Assembly: GCA_963783575.1 (NCBI GenBank)
Contig: CAWAOD010000018.1
Location: forward strand, 140,210 to 204,209
Source: an uncultured Spirochaetota bacterium
Lineage (GTDB): Bacteria; Spirochaetota; Brevinematia; Brevinematales; JAOACQ01
DNA: 64,000 nt
Direction of reading: 5' to 3'
Part shown: positions 1-10,003 of the stretch, piece after piece
Layout: every line of letters starts with the position of its first letter
How positions within the stretch are numbered: position 1 is the stretch's first letter
Program-made: the position numbers and the translations under genes
Notes under the pieces: model-generated
Databases searched by the model: none
What the model saw: the letters and a program-made list of their open reading frames with translations, nothing else
Told to the model about the DNA's origin: nothing

Positions 1-2
1 AT

Positions 3-1169
3 CTCTATCTTGCTGAGGCATATTATTTTAACAATAACTTTGAGATGGCAATGGTAGAATATAAACAGGTTATGTCTTCCGGAAGATTCTCAAACACAGC
101 CACTGAAAAAGTAATTCGTAAACGTCTGGCAGAAATTTATTTGAAATTCGGACAGCTTGAAGAAGCTCAAAAGGAGTTTGTTGTTTTGTCCAAACTTGAA
201 GCACATAATTCGGAATATCTTTATCAGATCGGGAATCTGTTTTATCAAAGGGGTATGCGTGAGCAGGCTTTAGCTTATCTAGATAAATCTTTCAAATCCG
301 GAAAAAGCAGCGCCGAACTTTTCTTCCTGATGGGAAAAATCTACTACGAAATGACCAGAACTAATGAAGCCTTGGCAGCATTTACAAGCTGTGTAAAACT
401 TGAACCTAAAAATTATGAAGCTCATTATTATATCGGTCTCATTCTTAAAGCAATGAACAGCTATGGTAAGGCTGTTCAGGAATTGGAAGTAGCCGAGCAA
501 ACAAAAGATAACACATTGAGAGTTAAGTCCATTTTCCAGAAAGGTCTTTGTAAACTGGAGGTTGGCGAACTGGATGGTGCAAAATCAGATTTTGAAAGAG
601 CCTTAAAATATTCTACTGAAGAAAACAATACAACAATAGCCATTCATTATACTCTTGGATTAACATATGAAAGGGAAAGAAGGCTTGTTGAAGCAGTTGA
701 GCAGTGGGAAAAAGTAGCACAGATGAGGCCGAATTTTCAGGATGTTCAAACAAAACTTACTGAATATGAAGATTTGCGCATTGATGATAAACTGAAGGAT
801 CTTTTAACATCAACTCCAACAACTTTTGAAATAATCAGCCAGAATCTTCTAAAAACTCTTGGGTATGAAACACTCGAAAGTAATATGCTTGATGATGATA
901 ATCTTGAAGTAGTAGGTATGGAAAGATCCGTTAAATGGAGAAATGTTAGAGGCGGTAAGGTTCTAGTAAGGATATCAAGGGATAATGAGGATGTAAATGA
1001 AGATCAGGTGGCAAAATTGGTGGAAAATTTAAAACTTAATCATGGTATTCGTGCAATATATATATCGACAGGAAAATTTACCCCTCAGGCAGTACGGTAT
1101 TCTGAAAACCGTCCGGTTGATTTATACGACAGGCAAAGGCTTACTACCGTCTTTAAACAAAAAGTTTAG
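3..1169 (+). CDS. TPR-repeat protein with C-terminal Mrr-like restriction-endonuclease-fold domain (5' truncated by window edge)
   Basis: Frame is open from position 3. Many TPR motifs (EAHYYIGLIL, AIHYTLGLTYE). The C-terminus has Mrr_cat-like segments (TFEIISQNLLKTLGY ... AIYISTGKFTPQAVRYSENRPVDLYD). Confidence 0.75.
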   Translation, partial: LYLAEAYYFNNNFEMAMVEYKQVMSSGRFSNTATEKVIRKRLAEIYLKFGQLEEAQKEFVVLSKLEAHNSEYLYQIGNLFYQRGMREQALAYLDKSFKSGKSSAELFFLMGKIYYEMTRTNEALAAFTSCVKLEPKNYEAHYYIGLILKAMNSYGKAVQELEVAEQTKDNTLRVKSIFQKGLCKLEVGELDGAKSDFERALKYSTEENNTTIAIHYTLGLTYERERRLVEAVEQWEKVAQMRPNFQDVQTKLTEYEDLRIDDKLKDLLTSTPTTFEIISQNLLKTLGYETLESNMLDDDNLEVVGMERSVKWRNVRGGKVLVRISRDNEDVNEDQVAKLVENLKLNHGIRAIYISTGKFTPQAVRYSENRPVDLYDRQRLTTVFKQKV

Positions 1170-1180
1170 GCCCCACAATT

Positions 1181-1354
1181 ATGAAATTAGCAACCAGAAT
1201 TATAATAATTACTTTTACCGTCCTCATGGCATTTTTCTTGTTTTATCAATATCAGGTTGGAAATCCCTTTTTCGATGAAATCAATCCTATTTATTCAATT
1301 CTTTGCTATCTTTTTCTTGGAATAACTGCTATTGTAGCAATAGTTAAAAAATAA
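1181..1354 (+). CDS. Small 57-aa two-helix membrane protein (not in the ORF track)
   Basis: ATG at 1181 to TAA at 1352-1354: MKLATRIIIITFTVLMAFFLFYQYQVGNPFFDEINPIYSILCYLFLGITAIVAIVKK. Two hydrophobic stretches, 11 bp after the upstream stop. Confidence 0.55.
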   Translation: MKLATRIIIITFTVLMAFFLFYQYQVGNPFFDEINPIYSILCYLFLGITAIVAIVKK

Positions 1355-1382
1355 TATGAAAATAATAGAAATTGTCAATTAT

Positions 1383-3278
1383 TTACTTAACCTTTTCTTT
1401 CAAAAGGTCATTATCGGGATTTATTTTCAAACCAATTGAATAATATTGAAAAGCTTCATCTTGATTACCCATTTTTTCATAAATCATACCAATATGGTAA
1501 TATATCTCATCAAAACCAATCTGTGCTTGTTCTTTACTGATAAGATTGATAACCTTACCGAATATTTCAAAAGACCCGGTAAAATCACCTTTTTGAAATA
1601 ATATCCAGCCCATTGTATCCATATAAGAATAGTTCTCGGGATTAGCAATAAGTGCTAATTTAACGAGACGTAGAGCTTCGTCAAGATTGATTCCTTCTAA
1701 AGAGTACAGGTATGCGAGAAGATTGTTTATCTCTGGATTTTCTTTATCGTAATTCCTTGCGGTTTCAAGATAAGAGATTGCTTTTTTTCGGTTCTTCATT
1801 TCATAATAAGAAGTTGCTAAAAAATAGTATAATCTTGAATCTGTATTTTCTGATCTTAAAGCCTTTTCAAAATCATTAATAGCATTAACAAAATTTTTAA
1901 TTTCCATATTCATCAATCCGGAATAGAAATAAACCTGATATAAATCCTGATCTGTTTTAGCCTCCTTTTTTGCTTCGGTAATTGTAAAATCAGAATTTGT
2001 TTTATCATTAATCTTATAATACATATATGATAATCTTACCATAGCGGAAACACTAAATTTGTTACTGGAGGGATTATGGATATATTTGTTATAGTAATAA
2101 ATAGCATTAGTGAAATCGTTTTTATCATCATATAGCGAACCGACAAGCCAATAAATATCAGGAATTGAATTTGTATTTTCCTCAACTTTTTTATAATATT
2201 CAATGGCAATGTCGAATTGTTCCACCTCTTTTGCGTAATTACCGATTAGAAACTCCTGCTGTACAGTATGGGTATTATCCTTTAAAGCTGTATAATCAAG
2301 ATAGTAAATATAAAGAGAATAATAATCGGCAATCTTTCTGTCTGATATATATTTATCCAATTGCTTAACCGAATTTGAATAATCACCCTTCTGATAAAAT
2401 AAAATGGATTTTACAAAAGGCGATCCCCCCTGATAGTTAGATACAACCTGATTAAGCTCCTGATTTGTAGTAATAAACATAAGACCGGCATATGCATTTA
2501 TCATTTCGTCGCTTCTGAACATTTCTGGTATTTGTTTGAAATTTGCAATGGCTTTATTATAATCGAGGATTTCATAATATGTAAAAGCCAGATTCTTTAT
2601 TAAATCATAATCTGATGGATTTATTTCTTTAGCCTTTTCCATATATTGAGCTGCTAACCGGAAATTTTGAAAATTCATATAAATCATACCTATATAATAA
2701 TATGAATTAAAAATTGCCATCATATCAAATTCTTTATCGCTTTTTGGATTTGCTATAACATTTTGCAAATATGGCATTGATTTTTCATAATTTTTATTTA
2801 TAAAATAATAAACTCCTGTAAAATAATTACCGAAAATATCATCTTTATCTAATGATAAAATTCTCTGAAGACTATTGTAGAATTCATCATATTCACCCAG
2901 AGACCTGACAAAATCAGTGTACCTGTATAAAATTTTCAAATCATCCGGATAGAGTCTTAAAGCATCTCCGGCATATTTTTTTGCTTCAATCATAATATCA
3001 TTCATTTTTTTTGAATCTGTTTTTTCAAGAAACTGAGCTTGAGAAATTTTTAACAGATAATCATCAAACAAAGAATAATATATATATTTATCCGTATATT
3101 TATTCGTGATAAGTAATTGAAGTTTCTGTATCGATTGATCGACATATCCTTCAGAAGTAAGGGCAAGAGCATCTGAATAGATTTCCTCAGCCTGAGTTTC
3201 AGTAATTTGATTTTCATCCTGTGCAAAATTGCTGCAGAAAAAAAATAAAACTATTAATAAAGATAAAATAAATTTCAT
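1383..3278 (-). CDS. Secreted TPR-repeat protein
   Basis: N-terminal signal peptide, many TPR motifs, C-terminal NNLLAYLY...YMDTMGWILFQKG motif typical of periplasmic TPR proteins. Confidence 0.85.
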   Translation of the reverse strand: MKFILSLLIVLFFFCSNFAQDENQITETQAEEIYSDALALTSEGYVDQSIQKLQLLITNKYTDKYIYYSLFDDYLLKISQAQFLEKTDSKKMNDIMIEAKKYAGDALRLYPDDLKILYRYTDFVRSLGEYDEFYNSLQRILSLDKDDIFGNYFTGVYYFINKNYEKSMPYLQNVIANPKSDKEFDMMAIFNSYYYIGMIYMNFQNFRLAAQYMEKAKEINPSDYDLIKNLAFTYYEILDYNKAIANFKQIPEMFRSDEMINAYAGLMFITTNQELNQVVSNYQGGSPFVKSILFYQKGDYSNSVKQLDKYISDRKIADYYSLYIYYLDYTALKDNTHTVQQEFLIGNYAKEVEQFDIAIEYYKKVEENTNSIPDIYWLVGSLYDDKNDFTNAIYYYNKYIHNPSSNKFSVSAMVRLSYMYYKINDKTNSDFTITEAKKEAKTDQDLYQVYFYSGLMNMEIKNFVNAINDFEKALRSENTDSRLYYFLATSYYEMKNRKKAISYLETARNYDKENPEINNLLAYLYSLEGINLDEALRLVKLALIANPENYSYMDTMGWILFQKGDFTGSFEIFGKVINLISKEQAQIGFDEIYYHIGMIYEKMGNQDEAFQYYSIGLKINPDNDLLKEKVK

Positions 3279-3281
3279 ATC

Positions 3282-3917
3282 TTAACTCCCAAAATGAAAA
3301 AGAGACAAAAAGAAATTTGCAACTAAGTTATAAATCGGATTATAAATATATCGAATCCAGCCGGTAACCATTAATATTACTAATATTACAAGAAATGTTG
3401 TTTCGTTTGTCCTTATTAGCCTGGCAAATTTTATCGGAAGGATTGAAGTAAAAAAATTATAGCCATCCAGTGGAGGAAGCGGTATAATATTAAAAACCAC
3501 AAGCATTATATTTATAGAAGCAACTGTTAGTATGGCTTCAATTTTTGTTATTGAAAAAAGAAAAAACATAAGAGCGGTTAGAAAAAAATTAATAGTAATT
3601 CCAGCTAGTGATACAAATATCATACCGGTTTTCATGTTTTTAAAGTTATATGGGTTGATCGGTACAGGCTTTGCCCATCCGAACATCGGAAGATGCATTA
3701 TCAAACAAGCTACCGGTAAAATAATCGTACCAACCAAGTCAATATGGTTAACCGGATTTAAAGATAACCTGCCGGCTCTTCTAGCTGTATCATCACCAAA
3801 TAAATATGCGACATAACCATGCCCTATTTCATGCAATATGATGCTATAAAAAAAACCTATTATTATTATTAGAATACCAATTATAAAAGTTATAATATTT
3901 GGAGTGTCAAGTTGCAT
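3282..3917 (-). CDS. Site-2 protease family (peptidase M50) membrane metalloprotease
   Basis: HEIGH zinc motif, GRLSLNP and FNIIPLPPLDG motifs. Confidence 0.92.
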   Translation of the reverse strand: MQLDTPNIITFIIGILIIIIGFFYSIILHEIGHGYVAYLFGDDTARRAGRLSLNPVNHIDLVGTIILPVACLIMHLPMFGWAKPVPINPYNFKNMKTGMIFVSLAGITINFFLTALMFFLFSITKIEAILTVASINIMLVVFNIIPLPPLDGYNFFTSILPIKFARLIRTNETTFLVILVILMVTGWIRYIYNPIYNLVANFFLSLFHFGS

Positions 3918-4043
3918 TTATCAAACCCCGATTATTTCTTAAATAAACAATAACGGTCTATATATAAATAATATCATATAATGACATTTTAATCAATTCA
4001 CAGTGAATGCCTTACTTTGGGTAAATTCACATAATATGTTCCC

Positions 4044-4116
4044 CTCGTAGTTCTATAAAATTAATAAGTAGTGGACTCGGGGAAAGGTCATCGAGTTTAC
4101 CGCACAGCACTACGAG
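4044..4116. repeat. Nested inverted-repeat element in intergenic region
   Basis: Outer IR ctcgtagt (4044-4051) / actacgag (4109-4116). Inner stem gtggactcg / cgagtttac. Confidence 0.5.
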
Positions 4117-4123
4117 ATGACAA

Positions 4124-4879
4124 TTACTTCCCGATAAATTCAAGAACCCCGTTGATAAAAGTCAGAGGATGAGGAGGACAGCCAGGGACATAAAGATCAA
4201 CAATGGATTTTGTTTTAAAAAAACTCCTGTTAATTGCCGGTGAATTTTCAAAAATTCCACCGCTGATGGCGCAGCTTCCAACAGCTATTACAATTTTAGA
4301 ATCGGGAATCCCGCTATATGTGTCTTCCAGGGCAGCAGCCATATTTTCAGACAATGGTCCCGTTATTACTATCCCATCCGCATGCCTGGGCGAAGCGACA
4401 AAATCAATCCCAAAACGTCCCATATCGAAATTTACATTGGAACATGCATTGAGTTCCATTTCACAGCCATTACATCCTCCTGCAGAAACCTGACGCAGTT
4501 TAAGCGATCTGCCAAATATTTTTATTATCTCTTCACGGGTTGCAACAGCTCCGGTTTGATAATTATTTTTATTAATGTTGCTATTTATAAACAAATGTTC
4601 TCTGGTAGTACAAGCTGTTTTGTAAAAATTAGAAAATTTTATACAACCTTTTGAACAATTCCTTTCACAATCACCACAGTAAATACATTTTCCAAGATCT
4701 ATCATTAATGGCTTTATCGAAATGGCATTTGTCGGGCAAATATTACTGCATTCGATGCAATCCGAACAATTTTCCCCGATTTCCGGGAAGCCCCGGTATT
4801 TCACATTAACAACTGCCTTCTTTAAATCAGGAATCGATTGATAACCCTGATTTACCTTTACTTTCAATATACCAAACAT
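4124..4879 (-). CDS. Ehr/group-4 hydrogenase-like small subunit (NuoB-like) fused to an N-terminal 2x[4Fe-4S] ferredoxin (NuoI-like)
   Basis: CSDCIECSNICP and CIYCGDCERNC ferredoxin motifs. SAGGCNGCE, ASPRHAD, GSCA and PGCPP NuoB/HycG motifs. Start chosen at MFGILK. Confidence 0.9.
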   Translation of the reverse strand: MFGILKVKVNQGYQSIPDLKKAVVNVKYRGFPEIGENCSDCIECSNICPTNAISIKPLMIDLGKCIYCGDCERNCSKGCIKFSNFYKTACTTREHLFINSNINKNNYQTGAVATREEIIKIFGRSLKLRQVSAGGCNGCEMELNACSNVNFDMGRFGIDFVASPRHADGIVITGPLSENMAAALEDTYSGIPDSKIVIAVGSCAISGGIFENSPAINRSFFKTKSIVDLYVPGCPPHPLTFINGVLEFIGK

Positions 4880-5015
4880 ATTATACACCTGCCCCTTCGA
4901 CGATTCGAATCATTCGAGATTTAAAGTCATTTGACAAAAATAACAGAACTTTATATTATAATGGATTTTTATACTTTAAAAAAGTATTTAAAATTTTAAA
5001 TTTTTAGGATTATTC

Positions 5016-5696
5016 ATGAATGCAATATTTTTCGATATTGACGGAACATTGTTAAATAGTCACGGTTTGGGAAGGCATGCTTTTGAACAAGCTCTCCGGA
5101 TTTGCTCCGGAATAAACTCGGAAATGTCTCAGGTAGATTGGCTTGGAAGGACGGATACTGATATTATTTCATTAATTCTTTGTAACGAAGGTTTTGATAC
5201 TAAGGAAATATCAGATTTCCTGCCCGGGTTCTTTAAAGTTTTTGTCAGACTATTTAAAGAATTCACTGTAAATAACCGGGAATTATTTGAAATTTTACCC
5301 GGTGTTATAGAGATTTTGTCCGCACTTAAGGATAAGCCAATAGGCTTATTAACCGGCAATGTTATGGAAGCTGCATATATGAAACTACAGGCAGCCGGTA
5401 TTGATGGGTTTTTCCCATACGGTATCGGTGGATTTGGAGATGAGGCACGGGATAGGCGAAAACTCATCCCATTAGCCCTGATAAAAATGAAGAAATATTA
5501 TTCAATTGAGAATTTCGATAAGGTTATTATGATCGGAGATTCTCACCGGGATATAGATTGTGCAAAAGCAAATTCGGCGGTTTCATTGGCCGTTGCTACA
5601 GGTAAATTGAGTATTGAGGAACTAAGAAATTATCATCCGGATTTTATTTTTGAAAATTTATTGCAGATCAATGAAATATTGAAAATTTTACAATGA
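5016..5696 (+). CDS. HAD-superfamily hydrolase (phosphoglycolate-phosphatase-like)
   Basis: FDIDGTLL motif I, LLTGN motif II, IGDSHRD motif IV. Confidence 0.9.
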   Translation: MNAIFFDIDGTLLNSHGLGRHAFEQALRICSGINSEMSQVDWLGRTDTDIISLILCNEGFDTKEISDFLPGFFKVFVRLFKEFTVNNRELFEILPGVIEILSALKDKPIGLLTGNVMEAAYMKLQAAGIDGFFPYGIGGFGDEARDRRKLIPLALIKMKKYYSIENFDKVIMIGDSHRDIDCAKANSAVSLAVATGKLSIEELRNYHPDFIFENLLQINEILKILQ

Positions 5697-5784
5697 TGAT
5701 TGTTTTAATAATTAGGACAATTCCGGACATTAATTGAAATTTTCAGTCATTCAAGTTAAAATAATAGTGGAATTGGTAATAATT

Positions 5785-6459
5785 ATGGATATGAAGATAA
5801 AAGACATCATTGATTTGCTTCAGGTTTCGGAAAAAACAATATATCGATGGATTAATGAGCACAAAATTCCCGCATACAAAATAAATCATCAATACAGGTT
5901 CAATAAAGCAGAGATCAATGAGTGGATTTTGAAAAACAAAATAAATGTTTCCGATAAAATCCTTGACTTGAAATTAACTGGAAAACCGGTTTCATTAGTT
6001 AATCTTATAAAAAAGGGCGGAATTCATTATCAAATTGAAGGTGATAATGTTGCAGGAATTATTAGTAATGCAGTTAATTCAATCTCTACACCTCCAGAAA
6101 TCACAAAAAAAGCAGTAATTACCTCACTCCTGGAAAGGGAAGAAATGATGCCTACAGCCATCGGTAAGAGCATCGCCATTCCCCATCCGAGAAACCCTAT
6201 TATTACGGATGTTGAAAATGAAAGCGTTTCAATTTGTTTTTTACATAATAGGATTGACTACCATTCCATAGACGGGGAACCTGTCCAGACTCTTTTTATA
6301 GTATTGAGCGCAAATCCAAGGCGACATCTTGAAATTCTTTCAAAAATATCCTACCTGTGCCAACTTGAAGAATTTGTCAAAATTATTAAATCCGGGGCAG
6401 AGAAGAACATCATTTTAAATTATATAGAACAAAAAGAAAATGAGTGGAGTAAAAAATAA
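5785..6459 (+). CDS. Excisionase-type HTH (HTH_17) fused to PTS EIIA (Ntr/Fru-type) domain; putative regulator
   Basis: N-terminal IIDLLQVSEKTIYRWINEHKIPAYKINHQYRF. C-terminal EREEMMPTAIGKSIAIPHPR retains the phosphorylatable His. Confidence 0.88.
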   Translation: MDMKIKDIIDLLQVSEKTIYRWINEHKIPAYKINHQYRFNKAEINEWILKNKINVSDKILDLKLTGKPVSLVNLIKKGGIHYQIEGDNVAGIISNAVNSISTPPEITKKAVITSLLEREEMMPTAIGKSIAIPHPRNPIITDVENESVSICFLHNRIDYHSIDGEPVQTLFIVLSANPRRHLEILSKISYLCQLEEFVKIIKSGAEKNIILNYIEQKENEWSKK

Positions 6460-6462
6460 AAA

Positions 6463-8451
6463 ATGGAAGCAATTTTTGCAGGACTTGGATTAATTCTTAT
6501 TGGAGGGATATCACAATTAATTTTTCCGGAAAAATATAAAGGCTGGATTTTTTTAATATTTTTAGGCATAGGAATCTGCTTTGTACTGCCTGGATCGGTA
6601 TCGATTTTATTTTCAGGTACGGCCATATCATCCCAGATTAGCCTGTTATACCCCGTCGGTGATGTAAAATTAGTAATAGATTCATTATCGGCTTTCTTCA
6701 TACTTTTTATTTCTATAATGAGTTTTTTTACCGTTTTATATTCAATCGGTTATACAAAATACTATATAAATCATAAAAAATCTCTTTCCTCATTTTTCTT
6801 TTTTACATGTGTCCTGCTTCTATCAATGTTGATGGTTGTTATAGTACAGAATGCGCTAGCATTTTTGATGTGCTGGGAAATTATGTCTCTATCCTCATTT
6901 TTTTTGGTTACTTTTGAAAACGAGAAAGAAGAAACATTTAAGGCCGGAATGAATTATCTAGTAGCTATGCATATCGGGTTTATTTTTCTTGTATGCGGTT
7001 TTATTCTTCTTTCAATTAAATCAGGAGAATACAGCTTCGATTCCTTTAAAAAAATATTAATATTTAATAAAGAAATTATTAATCTTGTTTTTATTTTATT
7101 TTTTATAGGTTTTGGAACAAAAGCTGGTTTTATCCCTCTTCATACTTGGTTACCGAGAGCCCATCCGGCTGCACCCAGCCCTATTTCAGGCATGATGTCA
7201 GGTATAATGATAAAAACGGGCATTTATGGAATATTGAGACTCATTTTGATGATTGGAACACCGCCGGTTGAGCTGTCATATTTCATTCTGATTATATCAA
7301 CCATTTCGGCATTATTGGGTGTAATTTATGCTATTGCGCAACATGATCTCAAGAAACTTCTGGCATTTCACAGTGTTGAAAACATTGGAATTATAGGCAT
7401 GGGGATTGGAGTTGGGATGCTCGGACTTTCATATAACAATCAGCTTATGGCGGCAATGGGATTCGGCGGTGGACTTTTACATATCATCAATCATTCTATA
7501 TTTAAGGAGCTTCTTTTTTTCGGCGCCGGATCGGTATATTTAAAAACTCACACTAGAAATATTGAGGATATGGGTGGATTGATCAAGAAAATGCCTTATA
7601 CGGGAATTTTTTTCTTGATAGGCTCAACTGCGATAAGCGGCCTGCCTCCATTAAACGGATTTATCAGTGAATTTATGATATATCTTGGAATGTTTTACGG
7701 ATTAAAGAACAGCAATTCCCTACTATTTACTACTCTGGTGTTATCAATAGCTTCATTGGCCTTTGTCGGAGCAATGGCGTTATTATGCTTTACAAAGGTT
7801 TTTTCGACTGTCTTTCTTGGTTTATCAAGGATTGAAACTGTTGAAAAACCGGTTGAGTCATCTTTATCAATGTTAATCCCAATGTTCTGTTTATCACTTC
7901 TTTGTTTCATTATTGGAATACTTCCTCAATTTATAATTAATCTAGCCGGAAAAAACATTCAGAATTTTACTGGTATTAATGACACCTTTCTTTTTGATAA
8001 AGGCATTTTTCAACTATTAACAACGATTTCAATTTTCAGCTTGATTTTCATTGTTATGATCAATCTTATTTTAATTATCAGATATAATCTTCTAATGAAT
8101 TCAACAGTACATGAAGATAAAACATGGGCTTGTGGATATCAGGCAGGAAATGCCAGGATGCAATATACAGCCTCTTCTTTTGCACAGCCTTTTCTCGAGA
8201 TGGTGAAACCTGTGGCAAATATACATATGGAAATAAAAAAACCGGAGGGAATATTTCCTGGAGATTCATCTTTTGAGTCAAAAAGTTTTGACTGGTTCAA
8301 TCATTATATTTTTAAGCCTATAATACTATGGATAACAAAAATTTTGGATTTATTTTCATGGATTCAGAAAGGCAATACTCAACAGTATATTCTTTATGGA
8401 TTAATCTTCCTTTTATTGGCAATAGCCTGGACTATGGGTATCAGCAAATGA
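6463..8451 (+). CDS. Ehr/HyfB-like proton-translocating (antiporter-like) membrane subunit
   Basis: WEIMS, KAGFIPLHTWLPRAHPAAPSPISGMMSG, HSIFK and TWACGY...RMQYTASSF motifs. Confidence 0.92.
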   Translation: MEAIFAGLGLILIGGISQLIFPEKYKGWIFLIFLGIGICFVLPGSVSILFSGTAISSQISLLYPVGDVKLVIDSLSAFFILFISIMSFFTVLYSIGYTKYYINHKKSLSSFFFFTCVLLLSMLMVVIVQNALAFLMCWEIMSLSSFFLVTFENEKEETFKAGMNYLVAMHIGFIFLVCGFILLSIKSGEYSFDSFKKILIFNKEIINLVFILFFIGFGTKAGFIPLHTWLPRAHPAAPSPISGMMSGIMIKTGIYGILRLILMIGTPPVELSYFILIISTISALLGVIYAIAQHDLKKLLAFHSVENIGIIGMGIGVGMLGLSYNNQLMAAMGFGGGLLHIINHSIFKELLFFGAGSVYLKTHTRNIEDMGGLIKKMPYTGIFFLIGSTAISGLPPLNGFISEFMIYLGMFYGLKNSNSLLFTTLVLSIASLAFVGAMALLCFTKVFSTVFLGLSRIETVEKPVESSLSMLIPMFCLSLLCFIIGILPQFIINLAGKNIQNFTGINDTFLFDKGIFQLLTTISIFSLIFIVMINLILIIRYNLLMNSTVHEDKTWACGYQAGNARMQYTASSFAQPFLEMVKPVANIHMEIKKPEGIFPGDSSFESKSFDWFNHYIFKPIILWITKILDLFSWIQKGNTQQYILYGLIFLLLAIAWTMGISK

Positions 8452-9371
8452 TATTAAGGATATTGAATATACTTTTTCTTTTAATTTTACCTTTTTTCTT
8501 TCTTGGAACAATTAATAAAGTAAAAGCTTTCTGGGCTGGAAGAAAAGGTCCCTCAATTTTACAGCCGTTTCATGATTTTATCAGGTTGTTAAAAAAAGGT
8601 GCTGTTATTAGCAGTACAACAACTTTAATCTTTCAAATAAGTCCATCTGTAAATTTTGCAGCAATTTTTATGTCAGGAATAATTGTACCAATGACCGGGC
8701 ACACATCAATATATCCATTTAGCGGTGATTTCATCCTTTTTGCCTATATTCTCGGTTTAGGTAAATTCTTCAGTATTCTCGGAGCCATGGATACGGGATC
8801 AAGTTTTGAGGGTATGGGTGCAAGCCGGGAAGCAGCTTTTTCAAGTCTTGTAGAACCTGCTTTCTTTATCATAATGGCAATATTTGCATCAATTACAGGG
8901 AATTATTCATTCGAAGGAATATTATCACTGCCGTACTGGAATAACGGATTGATGACGTTGATCCTTATAATTACATTTTCATCGTTGTTTATTATGATTT
9001 TGACTGAAAGCTGCCGAATTCCTGTTGACGACCCGAATACCCACCTTGAATTGACGATGATACATGAAGTTATGGTTCTCGACAATTCAGGCCCGGATCT
9101 GGCACTAATCAATTATGGAGCAGGAATTAAAATGGTAGTGCTTACATCAATCATTACTAATTTAATCATACCAAAAGAACTCGCCTTAAATATTTCAATC
9201 CCGGCTTTTTTAGGTTTACAATTAATTACAGCATCGCTCATCGGATGTGTTGAATCATTGATAGCAAGATTAAGAATGACGCATGTCCCGCAGTTTGTCC
9301 TTTTGATGACTTCACTCGCATTGATAGCATTGTCTTTAACTGCCTATTATATTTACGGGGGAAAGATATGA
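8448..9371 (+). CDS. Ehr/HyfC(HycD)-like NuoH-family membrane subunit
   Basis: GRKGPSILQPFHDFIRLLKKG, GASRE and RIPVDDPNTHLELTMIHE motifs. ATG overlaps the upstream stop (ATGA). Confidence 0.92.
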   Translation: MILRILNILFLLILPFFFLGTINKVKAFWAGRKGPSILQPFHDFIRLLKKGAVISSTTTLIFQISPSVNFAAIFMSGIIVPMTGHTSIYPFSGDFILFAYILGLGKFFSILGAMDTGSSFEGMGASREAAFSSLVEPAFFIIMAIFASITGNYSFEGILSLPYWNNGLMTLILIITFSSLFIMILTESCRIPVDDPNTHLELTMIHEVMVLDNSGPDLALINYGAGIKMVVLTSIITNLIIPKELALNISIPAFLGLQLITASLIGCVESLIARLRMTHVPQFVLLMTSLALIALSLTAYYIYGGKI

Positions 9372-10003
9372 TCAATTTTATATTGATAATTTTCGGAATC
9401 ACAATGCTTTTTGTGTCTGCAACTAGCCGGATTGAAGGTTATATTAAATCGCTTGCAGTCCAAGGTTTTTTACTTTTCTTAATGGTTATTTCCGATCTGG
9501 GTAAAATGAATCTTCCTACACTTGTTTTTCTTTCTGTAGAAACAATTGTATTTAAGACTATAATAATCCCTGTTTTCCTGATTCGCACAGTACGGAAAAG
9601 CGGATTCCTACGTGAAATTGAGCCGTATATCTCTAGCTTTTATTCCCTGCTGATTATAAGTCTGATTTTTGCTTCCGGAATATTTTTATCATTCTGGGCA
9701 ATAAAATTCGAAAATAAACTCCATACTCTTTATTTCGGAATTTCTATATCTACGATAATTTCTAGTTTATTCATAATTCTCACCAGAAAAAAAATCATTA
9801 CTCATGTTATGGGATATATGATGCTTGAAAATGGAATTTTTCTTCTTTCACTGTCAATTGCCAAGGAAATGCCGGTAATTGTCAACCTTGGGGTTCTGCT
9901 TGATATTTTTGCAGGAATTTATCTTTTGGGTTTGTTTGTTAATAAAATTCAAACTGCTTTTGACGAGGATCATATCGATACATTAACACAATTGAAGGAT
10001 TGA
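9368..10003 (+). CDS. Ehr/HyfE-like membrane subunit
   Basis: Hydrophobic protein with GYMMLENGI motif, translationally coupled within the operon. Confidence 0.88.
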   Translation: MINFILIIFGITMLFVSATSRIEGYIKSLAVQGFLLFLMVISDLGKMNLPTLVFLSVETIVFKTIIIPVFLIRTVRKSGFLREIEPYISSFYSLLIISLIFASGIFLSFWAIKFENKLHTLYFGISISTIISSLFIILTRKKIITHVMGYMMLENGIFLLSLSIAKEMPVIVNLGVLLDIFAGIYLLGLFVNKIQTAFDEDHIDTLTQLKD

